From contig PNLC01000001.1 in NCBI GenBank assembly GCA_013822885.1, positions 2,528 through 66,527 on the forward strand: a stretch of 64,000 nt of DNA, given 5' to 3'. Numbering within the stretch: position 1 is the stretch's first letter; the number at the start of each line of letters is the position of its first letter. The stretch comes from Bradyrhizobium sp. Lineage in GTDB: Bacteria > Pseudomonadota > Alphaproteobacteria > Rhizobiales > Xanthobacteraceae. This document shows positions 19,643 to 28,470 of this stretch, piece by piece. Under the pieces are notes generated by a model. The model made no database searches, was not told where the DNA came from, and saw only the letters and a program-made list of their open reading frames with translations. A program made the position numbers and the translations under genes.

Positions 19643-20520
19643 CGGGACTGGTCGACGCACATTTTCACATCTGGCGACAGGCCGATCTGCCGTGGCTGCT
19701 GGGACCGATGCAGCCGCGTATTTTCGGGCCGTATGAGCCGATCCGGCGCGACTATCCGGTCGAGGAATATCTCGCCGATTGCCGGCCCGAGGGCATCACC
19801 GAAGCCGTCTACGTGCAGGCGAACTGGGCGCCGGAATGCGCGCTGGACGAGGTGCGGTTCGTGTCGGAATCCGCGCGCCGGGCAGCTTTCCCGATCGCGA
19901 TCGTCGCCTACGCCGACATGCTCGCGGAGGACATCCGGCCCCAGCTCGATGCGTTGACCGCCGAGTCGTCCGTTCGCGGCGTTCGGATGCAGCTCCATTG
20001 GCACGACAACCCGCTCTATCGTTTCGCACAGTCACCCGATCTCGCGCGCGATCCGCTCCTGCAGCACAACGTCGCGCGGCTTGCGGATTATGGCTGGAGT
20101 TTCGATCTCCAGGTCTTCGCCGGCCAGATGGCGGGGGCTGCAGAGCTCGCCATGGCCTGTCCGGGAGTGACGTTCGTTCTGCAACATTCGGGCATGCTGG
20201 AGGACCTGACGCCGGAGGGCATCGCATCGTGGCGCGCAGGCATGAAACGCCTTGCCGCCTGCCCCAACGTCGTCAGCAAATTATCAGGCCTCGGCACATT
20301 CCTCCGGCGCAACGATCCGGCGCATGTCGCCTTCATCGCGGCCGAAACGCTCGCGCTTTTCGGCGCCCAGCGCTGCCTGTTCGGCTCGAACTTCCCGATC
20401 GAAAAGCTCTGGACGACCTATGCCGCGCTCATCGGCGCACATCGCGCGGGCATACCGGCAACCGATCACGATCAGGTTTTCAACAGGACTGCGCGCCGGG
20501 TCTACCGGCTCGGCCAATAA
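19639..20520 (+). CDS. Amidohydrolase_2 family protein (COG3618 lactonase-like)
   Basis: DAHFH, RGVR, SFDLQ, KLSG, FGSNFP. Confidence 0.87.
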   Translation: MTGLVDAHFHIWRQADLPWLLGPMQPRIFGPYEPIRRDYPVEEYLADCRPEGITEAVYVQANWAPECALDEVRFVSESARRAAFPIAIVAYADMLAEDIRPQLDALTAESSVRGVRMQLHWHDNPLYRFAQSPDLARDPLLQHNVARLADYGWSFDLQVFAGQMAGAAELAMACPGVTFVLQHSGMLEDLTPEGIASWRAGMKRLAACPNVVSKLSGLGTFLRRNDPAHVAFIAAETLALFGAQRCLFGSNFPIEKLWTTYAALIGAHRAGIPATDHDQVFNRTARRVYRLGQ

Positions 20521-20538
20521 AGGGAATGGGAGGGCCAG

Positions 20539-21387
20539 ATGGCTTTGGAAATCAAGGTGCTCGACTATGGCGATATCGAGCTTGAATCGAGCTTCCTGGT
20601 GCTGGGGCGCGATTGCGGCCGCACGCGCCGTGTGCCGACCTACGGCTTTCTGATCCTGGGCGGACCCTGGCCGCTCGTGATCGATACCGGCTACCGCCAT
20701 AACCAGATCATGGAGAGCCTCGGCATGCGCGGCCTCCAGTTCCACGAGAACATGATCGAGAACCAGCTCGCGAAGTATGGCGTGCGAATGGGAGACGTCC
20801 GCTACGTGCTGCACACGCACCTGCATATCGACCACGCGGGCAAGGACGAACTGTTCCCGATGAATACGACGGTGATCATCAACCGCCGCGAGCTGGAATA
20901 TTCGGTCTCGGGGCTGATGCATCCGCAATATCCCGCACCCGACATCAAGCATCTGATCGATCGCCTCCATACGAAAGACGCGTTGCGGCTGGAAGACCTT
21001 GAACTCACCGGCATGATCGAACTCTTTCCCGGCTGCTACATGGAGGCGGCCGGCGCGCATACGGAGGGGTCGATGAACGTCCACATCGACACGGTCGAGG
21101 GCCGCGCCACGATTTGCGGCGACGTGATCTACGACTTCAACGACCAGGTCGTGAATCCCTTCCACGAAATCCACGCCAACGAGCCGCGCACGACCGGCAA
21201 TCACGGCGTCTCCAAGCGCGAGGAAAAGGCGGCGATCAAGAAGCTGCTGGCCGGCTCGAAATTCCTGCTGCCGATACACGACAAGCCCGCGAAGATCGGC
21301 AGCGGTCAAGTGATTGGGCGAATGGACATGGCCGTTCCCGGCCCGGTGGTGCAAAGCCTGCCATCGCGCAACTGGTTCCCGATGTAA
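20539..21387 (+). CDS. Metallo-beta-lactamase-fold hydrolase, AHL-lactonase-like family
   Basis: IDTG, HLHIDH (HxHxDH), AHTEG, CGD, PIHD. Confidence 0.88.
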   Translation: MALEIKVLDYGDIELESSFLVLGRDCGRTRRVPTYGFLILGGPWPLVIDTGYRHNQIMESLGMRGLQFHENMIENQLAKYGVRMGDVRYVLHTHLHIDHAGKDELFPMNTTVIINRRELEYSVSGLMHPQYPAPDIKHLIDRLHTKDALRLEDLELTGMIELFPGCYMEAAGAHTEGSMNVHIDTVEGRATICGDVIYDFNDQVVNPFHEIHANEPRTTGNHGVSKREEKAAIKKLLAGSKFLLPIHDKPAKIGSGQVIGRMDMAVPGPVVQSLPSRNWFPM

Positions 21388-21437
21388 GGAATGAGATCGG
21401 GCGGCATGAACAGCCGCCCGACCGCGAGGGGTTTGCC

Positions 21438-23027
21438 ATGACAACGCATGTCGCCGTCCGGCCCGGCTTTGCCGATCTCGTCGATCTCTGGGCACCCGTG
21501 CGCCAGATCGGTACCGGTTTCCAGTTTACGGAAGGACCGATCTGGCATCCTCGGGAAGGCTTTCTGCTGTTCTCCGACATGCCGGGCGACGTTCGCCGCC
21601 GCTACGATTCAACCGGCATCCGCGAGGTGATGAAGCCGGCACACAAGTGCAACGGCATGACCTACGATGCCGAGCTCAACCTCATCGTCTGCGAGCACGC
21701 GACATCGACGCTCGTGCGGGAGAGACCGGACGGGCGGCGTGAGATCCTCGCCTCGCATTTCGAGGGGATGGAGCTGAACAGCCCCAACGATGTCTGCGTG
21801 AAGTCGGACGGTTCGATCTATTTCTCCGACCCCTGGTATGGCCGCATGCCTGTCTACGGGGTGGAGCGGCCGCGCCAACTCGGCTTCCAGGGCGTCTATC
21901 GCCTGCCCCCGGGCGGCGGAAAACCGCAACTGCTGGTGGATCGCTATCTGTTCGAGCAGCCGAACGGGCTTTGCTTCTCGCCGGACGAGAAGCTGTTCTA
22001 CATCAACGATACCGTGCAGCAGTTGATCCGGGTGTTCGAGGTCCAGCCGGATGGCGCACTCGCCAGGGGACGGGTTTTCGCCTCCGCGATCTATTCGCCG
22101 AGCGAGCCGGGCGTGCCGGACGGCATGAAATGCGATGCACAGGGCAATGTCTGGGTCTGCGGACCCGGCGGCGTCTGGGTCTATGCGCCGGACGGCGCGC
22201 TGATCGGCAAGCTGCGCGTGCCCGAACTCGTCGGAAACCTGACCTGGGGCGGTCCGGATTTTCGTACGCTGTTCCTCACCGCGACCCATTCCGTATACGC
22301 GGTGGAGACGAAAATCGGCCCGCGCATCGAACCCTACATGCGCCTTACGACGGCGCGAAGCGGCGCCGCGCCCCAGGCTGGCGCCAGCATTGGCCGCAAC
22401 GGCACCATGAAGGCCGCCCCCGGCTACACGCTTGATCCATCGCGCTGCGCGCTCATCATCCAGGACATGCAGAACGATGTGGTGATGGAAGGCGGCGCCT
22501 TCGCCGCCTCCGGTTCGCCGATCCATTGCCGGGAACAGAACGCCATTTCCAACGCCTCCCGGCTGGCCGCGGCTGCGCGATCGCGCGGCATTCCCGTCAT
22601 CCATGTCTGGTTCGTGGTCGAGGCCGGCTGCCCCGGCGTGACGATGAATGCGCCGCTGTTCGAGGGCCTTGCGGATGCAAGCGCGATGGTGCGCGGAAGC
22701 TGGGGTGCCGCGCCCGTGCAGGGACTCGAGGCACAACCGGACGACCATATCGTGGAGAAGCAGCGCATGAGCGCCTGGGAGGGAACGCGGCTCGAGACCG
22801 TGCTGAAAGCGCTCAGACGCGACATCGTCATTGTCACCGGCGCATGGACCAACATGTCGATCGAGCACACCTCCCGCACCGGCGCGGACAAGGGGTATTA
22901 CATGGTCGTGCCCGAGGATTGCTGCTCGACCATGAATGCCGAATGGCACACGGCTTCCGTGAACTACGCGCTACAGAATGTGGCAGTGGTGACGGACAGC
23001 GACGCTTTGGTCGGCTCCTGGTCCTAG
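21438..23027 (+). CDS. SMP-30/gluconolactonase domain fused to an isochorismatase-family domain
   Basis: FTEGPIW, NSPND, PNGLCFSPD, PDGMKCD; C-terminal IQDMQND, EKQRMSAW, GAWTNMSIEHT. Confidence 0.88.
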   Translation: MTTHVAVRPGFADLVDLWAPVRQIGTGFQFTEGPIWHPREGFLLFSDMPGDVRRRYDSTGIREVMKPAHKCNGMTYDAELNLIVCEHATSTLVRERPDGRREILASHFEGMELNSPNDVCVKSDGSIYFSDPWYGRMPVYGVERPRQLGFQGVYRLPPGGGKPQLLVDRYLFEQPNGLCFSPDEKLFYINDTVQQLIRVFEVQPDGALARGRVFASAIYSPSEPGVPDGMKCDAQGNVWVCGPGGVWVYAPDGALIGKLRVPELVGNLTWGGPDFRTLFLTATHSVYAVETKIGPRIEPYMRLTTARSGAAPQAGASIGRNGTMKAAPGYTLDPSRCALIIQDMQNDVVMEGGAFAASGSPIHCREQNAISNASRLAAAARSRGIPVIHVWFVVEAGCPGVTMNAPLFEGLADASAMVRGSWGAAPVQGLEAQPDDHIVEKQRMSAWEGTRLETVLKALRRDIVIVTGAWTNMSIEHTSRTGADKGYYMVVPEDCCSTMNAEWHTASVNYALQNVAVVTDSDALVGSWS

Positions 23028-23169
23028 GCCGGCCGCAAAGGTATCTGTTTCGCACCAGAATCTCTTTCATAACGGTCCGGTTCCAGGTTCGGCATCGCCG
23101 GGACCGGATATCCGCCGTTGCGAGCACGAACGAATTGGCCGACCTTCGGATCGACAGGGGAAATGATTC

Positions 23170-25242
23170 GTGCTCGCTGATGCTGCCGAGGGTTATCTGG
23201 ACGGTCTCAATTCGGAACAGCGCAAGGCTGTCGAGCACGGCATTGGCGCAGGCGGAACCATTGGTTCGCCGCTTCTCGTGATCGCTGGCGCTGGATCGGG
23301 AAAGACCAACACGCTCGCGCACCGCGTTGCGCATCTGATCATCAGGGGCGCCGACCCGCGGCGCATGCTGCTGATGACGTTTTCGCGCCGCGCCGCCTCC
23401 GAGATGGCACAGCGCGTGGAGCGCATTGCGCGCCGTGTGCTGGGCGACAAGGCTGGCGTCATGACTGATGCGCTGACCTGGGCCGGCACCTTTCACGGCA
23501 TCGGGGCACGGCTGCTGCGAGAATACGCCGAGCGCATCGGCTTCGATCCGACCTTCACCATTCACGACCGCGAAGATTCGGCGGACCTGTTGAATCTGGT
23601 TCGCCATGAACTCGGTTATTCGAAGATCGAAAGCCGCTTTCCTGCAAAGGGCACCTGCCTGTCGATCTATTCCCGCTGCGTAAATGCGCAAGCGCCGATC
23701 GAGACGGTGCTCGGACAGCATTATCCCTGGTGTTCCGGCTGGGCCAGTGAACTCAAGCAATTGTTTGCGGGTTACGTCGAGGCCAAGCAGAAGCAGAACG
23801 TCCTCGATTACGACGATCTGTTGCTGTGGTGGGCCCAGATGATGTCCGAGCCTTCGATCGCAGAAGAGGTCGGCGGACGCTTCGATCACATCATGGTCGA
23901 TGAATACCAGGATACGAACCGACTGCAGGCGACGATCCTGCTGGCGCTCAAGCCAGACGGCCGCGGGCTAACCGTGGTCGGCGACGATGCCCAGTCGATC
24001 TATTCGTTTCGCGCCGCTACCGTTCGAAATATCCTGGATTTTCCGGACCACTTCAGCCCCAGGGCTGAGATCGTTACACTCGACCGCAACTACCGCTCCA
24101 CTCAGCCCGTGCTGGCGGCCGCGAACGGCGTCATCGGACTTGCGCGAGAACGGTTCACCAAAAACCTGTGGACCGAGCGCGGTTCGGCGCAATTGCCGCG
24201 CCTGGTCACGGTGCGCGATGAAGCCGACCAGGCGCGCTACATCGTCGAGCGGGTGCTGTCGAATCGCGAGGAAGGTTTTCGTCTCAAGGAGCAGGCCGTG
24301 CTGTTCCGGACGTCGTCGCACAGCGGGCCGCTGGAAGTCGAACTCACGCGGCGCAATATTCCGTTCGTCAAGTTCGGCGGCCTGAAATTCCTGGACGCGG
24401 CCCATGTCAAGGATCTGCTTGCGCTGTTGAAGTTCGTCGAGAATCCCCGGGACCGGGTCGCGGGATTCCGCGTTCTTCACCTGCTGCCTGGCATTGGACC
24501 GGCGTCAGCCCAACGCATTCTCGACGCAACCGCCACTTCGGCTGATCCACTAACGGCACTTGCAGCGTTGCCCCCGCCAGCCCGGGCTGGCCAGGATTGG
24601 ACTGCTTTCGCCGAGACGCTCGCAAATCTGCGCTATTCCGAATGGCCTTCCGACATCGAGCGGGCTCGTCTTTGGTACAGCCCGCATCTGGAACGGATCC
24701 ACGAAGACAGCGAGGTTCGGCTGGCGGACCTGTTGCAGCTTGAGCAGATCGCAGCAGGCTATCCGTCCCGGCAGCGCTTTCTGACGGAGCTGACGCTCGA
24801 TCCGCCGGACGCGACGAGCGATCGTTCCGGACCGCCGTTACGCGACGAAGACTATCTGATCCTGTCGACCATCCACTCTTCAAAGGGGCAGGAATGGAAA
24901 GCGGTATTTGCCTTGAACGTCGTTGACGGCTGCATGCCGTCCGATCTGGGCGCCGGCACGACGGCGGAGCTCGAGGAAGAACGGCGCCTCCTCTACGTCG
25001 CCATGACGCGTGCAAAGGATGATCTGCATTTGATCGTACCGCAGAGATTCTTCGTGCACGGACAGCAGGCTCGCGGCGACAGGCATGTGTATGCATCGCG
25101 AACGCGCTTCATTCCCGATCCCCTGCTGCGGCTGTTCGAGCGTCAGGCGTGGCCAGTGGCCGCGGCGACCGCGCGCCCCGAGAAAACCGGTCAGGCTCCG
25201 AACATCGATATCCGGGAGCGGATGCGCGGAATGTGGCGTTAG
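23170..25242 (+). CDS. UvrD/Rep-family (SF1) ATP-dependent DNA helicase
   Basis: AGAGSGKT, VDEYQD, VGDDAQSIY, NYRS, STIHSSKGQEW, EERRLLYVAMTRA. Confidence 0.93.
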   Translation: MLADAAEGYLDGLNSEQRKAVEHGIGAGGTIGSPLLVIAGAGSGKTNTLAHRVAHLIIRGADPRRMLLMTFSRRAASEMAQRVERIARRVLGDKAGVMTDALTWAGTFHGIGARLLREYAERIGFDPTFTIHDREDSADLLNLVRHELGYSKIESRFPAKGTCLSIYSRCVNAQAPIETVLGQHYPWCSGWASELKQLFAGYVEAKQKQNVLDYDDLLLWWAQMMSEPSIAEEVGGRFDHIMVDEYQDTNRLQATILLALKPDGRGLTVVGDDAQSIYSFRAATVRNILDFPDHFSPRAEIVTLDRNYRSTQPVLAAANGVIGLARERFTKNLWTERGSAQLPRLVTVRDEADQARYIVERVLSNREEGFRLKEQAVLFRTSSHSGPLEVELTRRNIPFVKFGGLKFLDAAHVKDLLALLKFVENPRDRVAGFRVLHLLPGIGPASAQRILDATATSADPLTALAALPPPARAGQDWTAFAETLANLRYSEWPSDIERARLWYSPHLERIHEDSEVRLADLLQLEQIAAGYPSRQRFLTELTLDPPDATSDRSGPPLRDEDYLILSTIHSSKGQEWKAVFALNVVDGCMPSDLGAGTTAELEEERRLLYVAMTRAKDDLHLIVPQRFFVHGQQARGDRHVYASRTRFIPDPLLRLFERQAWPVAAATARPEKTGQAPNIDIRERMRGMWR

Positions 25243-25327
25243 GCCGGGGCTTCCAAAACGGTCGGGTATCGGGCCTAACTCATGCCCCGCAACAGCGCTT
25301 GCGGCCTTAAGTCAGTTGCCTCGGGGG

Positions 25328-25456
25328 TCAAATTCCGAAAAGCCAAACTGCAACGATCGTTCCGAGCACGGCCAGGCCGGAGATTGCCCAGCCCGAGGCA
25401 TAGACCCCACCATCCGTCTCGGGTCTATCGACCATCGTGTCGTGCCAGTGGGTCAT
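25328..25456 (-). CDS. Small single-pass membrane peptide (42 aa), below the ORF-track cutoff
   Basis: GGAGG RBS 5 nt before ATG; MTHWHDTMVDRPETDGGVYASGWAISGLAVLGTIVAVWLFGI*. Confidence 0.6.
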   Translation of the reverse strand: MTHWHDTMVDRPETDGGVYASGWAISGLAVLGTIVAVWLFGI

Positions 25457-25866
25457 GACAGCCTCCGTGAGATTGCCCGTCTAGATAGGTCACCGCGAGC
25501 GGCTCGAGGTTCAAATCCTTTGGGCGACGAACCGGGTCTCGGTCCACCGCGGCTCCACGTGCGAGGTTTTTGCGTAGCTGGCGATACAGAAGGGAGGATC
25601 GATAATGGGGCAGCAGTGCTGTCCAAGCGGCCCGGGCGATGAGCGGCTAGAGGCCCCTGATCAACCGACGTCCATCAACAGCCCTTTCAGGCACCTTGGC
25701 ATGGCTACCTGCTCCACCTTTGGTATCATCAACCATTTGAACTCCGAGGCGTCGGGCAAATCCCGTCCGTAATGTCGCACCCTATGCAACCTTTCGAACA
25801 GTTCGTTATTCCAGACCTGAGCCGCTATTTGTGTTCCGGGGCGGCAAACAGCGATCGGAGGTTTGC

Positions 25867-26391
25867 ATGCGCTTCTTGGCTGCAATCGGCGCTTTGGCGA
25901 TCTTGATCGGCATTGGCGCCGCGGCATTCTTCTTTGGTGGCTATTACAACGTCGCCGGAACCACTGCAGACCCCGCCCCCGTGACATGGGCCCTGACCCG
26001 GGTGCGGGTCGCGTCGATCAACCGCCACGCCAACGATAGCCCGCCGGCCTCGTTCGGCGACGCCGCCATGGTGGAGGCTGGCGCCAAGGCCTATGCCGCT
26101 TTCGGCTGCGCGACCTGCCACGGCGCGCCGGGCGTCATGTGGCTCAAGCTCTCGGAAGGCATGCATCCATACCCGCCGGACCTGAAGAAGGTCGCCGCCG
26201 ATCTCTCCCCTGCCCAACTGTTCTGGATCGTCAAGAACGGCATCAACATGACGGGCATGCCGAGCTTTGCGGAGGCAGGCGCCACGGATAACGAGATCTG
26301 GTCGATTGCCGCCTTCGTCAAGAAACTGCCCAGCGTTTCCGACGCCGACTACAAGAGCTGGACCGCAGGGGTTGAACCAAAGCAGCATTAG
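25867..26391 (+). CDS. Membrane-anchored monoheme cytochrome c
   Basis: GGAGG RBS, N-terminal TM, CATCH heme motif, GINMTGMP distal Met region. Confidence 0.9.
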   Translation: MRFLAAIGALAILIGIGAAAFFFGGYYNVAGTTADPAPVTWALTRVRVASINRHANDSPPASFGDAAMVEAGAKAYAAFGCATCHGAPGVMWLKLSEGMHPYPPDLKKVAADLSPAQLFWIVKNGINMTGMPSFAEAGATDNEIWSIAAFVKKLPSVSDADYKSWTAGVEPKQH

Positions 26392-26403
26392 GCTGCTTTA
26401 GCC

Positions 26404-27741
26404 TTATGGTTCGGTCCTTTCAGCTCTCCCGGACCAAACGACGACACCACCGGCCATGCCTGCCAGCACGGCCCAATATCCATAGCGAAAATCAGACGCC
26501 ACGCCCACGACATAGAAGCACAACACATAGACCGTCGCCGAACCGCAAACGCCAAGCGCGAATGCGGCTTCGCGCGGCGGGCTTCGACGCCAGCCCACCC
26601 AGCAAACGAAAATGCACGCCAGCAGCCAGAATCCGGCCCGAAGCAACGGCGTCGGCTTGAGCATGTCGTGCGCGGAGACCATGGCGCTGAACGCAGCGCG
26701 ATCGGCGAACACCTTCCGCGTCGGATGCTCGACATCAGCGGTCCACATCACCAGATTGTCGGCGGCGAGAAAATTCCACATGAATGCCGAACGATGCTGC
26801 AGATAGGCAACGGGATGGCGCAGCATCGCCTGCAGCCAGGCCCTCGATATCGCCGAGGTACCGAACAGGCCTTTTTCCCGTTCGACCTTGCGCATCACGA
26901 AATCACAGGGATCGAGCCGCCAGTAAATGTCCCACAGGGTTGGCTGGTAGCAGCTGTTGAGCAGCATCGCGTTCTCAGACTCGCTCCAGTCGACCGGAAA
27001 CTGGTTCTGTTTCGCGAAATGGCTGATGCCGCCCAGATCGAAGATCATGATCGTTTGCAGCGGATGCTGCCGCTTCGCATCCAGCATGCCGTAATAGGCC
27101 AGTTGCACGATCCCGAAAAAGCCGATCATGGCCGGGATATAGAAGATTGCCGTTCTGAGTAGCGTCACCCGCGATACCCAGACGATATAAGCGGCGAGTA
27201 CCGGCGCGGCCAGCAAAGCGTTCGGCCTCAACAGCACCCCGAGAACAACCAATGCAAGCGCCAGTGCCTGCCCGGTCAACCTGACCGATGACCGCTGTTC
27301 GGATACCGCGAACGCGACGGCTGCGGCGAGCAGCCAGCACGATGCCAGCAGGATGTCCCGCCAGATGACCCCGGCAAGCGCCAGGGCCGGCGGCGTCATG
27401 GCCAGCAGCGGCAGCAGCAGCGCAGCGGCCTTGCCGCGGGATGCGAGCGCAAGCGATAGAGTGCCGAAACCAAGCCAGTAGATCGTAACAGTCAGCAGGA
27501 AGATGCTGCCGGCGCCCGGAGCAATCGGATCGATCAGGCCCCACAGCCAGACCATGACCGGGGATTGCCAATCGCCGTACGTACCCTTGGCGATGTCCTC
27601 GTACACGAACTTCGCATCGTAGGTCATGATGCCGGGATAGAAGATCAGAAGCGTCAGGCCAAAACCGATCGCAAGCAGGACGGCGGCTGAAGCCATCAGA
27701 GGCCGTCGCCGCGACGGCTGCCGCTCAGGCTGCGACGGCAT
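26404..27741 (-). CDS. Polytopic membrane protein, possible GT-C-type glycosyltransferase
   Basis: ~10 hydrophobic segments; FYPGIMTYD…GDWQSP first loop; overlaps the FkbM stop. Confidence 0.65.
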   Translation of the reverse strand: MPSQPERQPSRRRPLMASAAVLLAIGFGLTLLIFYPGIMTYDAKFVYEDIAKGTYGDWQSPVMVWLWGLIDPIAPGAGSIFLLTVTIYWLGFGTLSLALASRGKAAALLLPLLAMTPPALALAGVIWRDILLASCWLLAAAVAFAVSEQRSSVRLTGQALALALVVLGVLLRPNALLAAPVLAAYIVWVSRVTLLRTAIFYIPAMIGFFGIVQLAYYGMLDAKRQHPLQTIMIFDLGGISHFAKQNQFPVDWSESENAMLLNSCYQPTLWDIYWRLDPCDFVMRKVEREKGLFGTSAISRAWLQAMLRHPVAYLQHRSAFMWNFLAADNLVMWTADVEHPTRKVFADRAAFSAMVSAHDMLKPTPLLRAGFWLLACIFVCWVGWRRSPPREAAFALGVCGSATVYVLCFYVVGVASDFRYGYWAVLAGMAGGVVVWSGRAERTEP

Positions 27742-28468
27742 AGATATCCCCTGAGTTGGCCGATTGTGGCAACGCGATCAGCCAGCTGGCGACATCCCCG
27801 GCGCCGATCCACTCACCTACGAGCGCCTGGCTCTCCCCGAGAGCCGCGTTGAAGCGCGTGTAACCCATCGCCGAACAACGCTCGATGCAGGCGAGCGCCA
27901 CGTCGCGCTGGATGGTGGTGAACTCGAATGACAGGGCGCGCACCCTCTGCGACAGACCATGCAGCGCCTCCGCCTCAAAGCCTTCGACGTCGAGCTTGAT
28001 GAACGCGGGGACACCGTGCCGGGCGATCAGCGCATCGAGCGTCGTGACCTCGATATCGATCGTCTCGTTCCAGCGCTGGGTTTCCCAGCCCGGGGCGTCG
28101 CGGGCGGCCTCGACGAACGCCGGCGACACCGTCGAAACTGTCGGGTTGTTGGCATTGATCAGCATTCGCGTCCTGCCCGGTTCACGCCCCACCGCGAGCG
28201 CCTCGATCGCTACCGACGCGCTGCGTCCATAGAGCAGCCTGAGAGCCCTGACCATGGCCGGCTGCGGCTCCACCGCCACAACGCGTGCGCCGAGCCGGCG
28301 GAACGAGGCGACGCGATCGCCGACATGGGCGCCGACGTCGAAGACCAGATCGCCGGGTTGGATGAAGTTGCCATTGAGCCGGTCCATCGCGGCGGCCCGC
28401 CTCCGGTTTCCGTAGTAGATACGAAACGACCTGAGGGTGGCGCGCGCGGTCCTCACAGCGCCAGGCAT
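27725..28468 (-). CDS. FkbM family SAM-dependent methyltransferase
   Basis: VFDVGAHVG, VAVEPQP, FIKLDVEGFE; ATG 2 nt after the mdoH stop. Confidence 0.9.
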   Translation of the reverse strand: MPGAVRTARATLRSFRIYYGNRRRAAAMDRLNGNFIQPGDLVFDVGAHVGDRVASFRRLGARVVAVEPQPAMVRALRLLYGRSASVAIEALAVGREPGRTRMLINANNPTVSTVSPAFVEAARDAPGWETQRWNETIDIEVTTLDALIARHGVPAFIKLDVEGFEAEALHGLSQRVRALSFEFTTIQRDVALACIERCSAMGYTRFNAALGESQALVGEWIGAGDVASWLIALPQSANSGDIYAVAA

Positions 28469-28470
28469 GG

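Noticed and set aside
6887-25242. Anti-phage defence system (Tm-1 homolog near an SF1 helicase)
   Set aside because: The Tm-1-like genes sit in a transport/catabolic operon; the UvrD gene is 13 kb away, separately positioned and ordinary; no nuclease or other defence effector is seen
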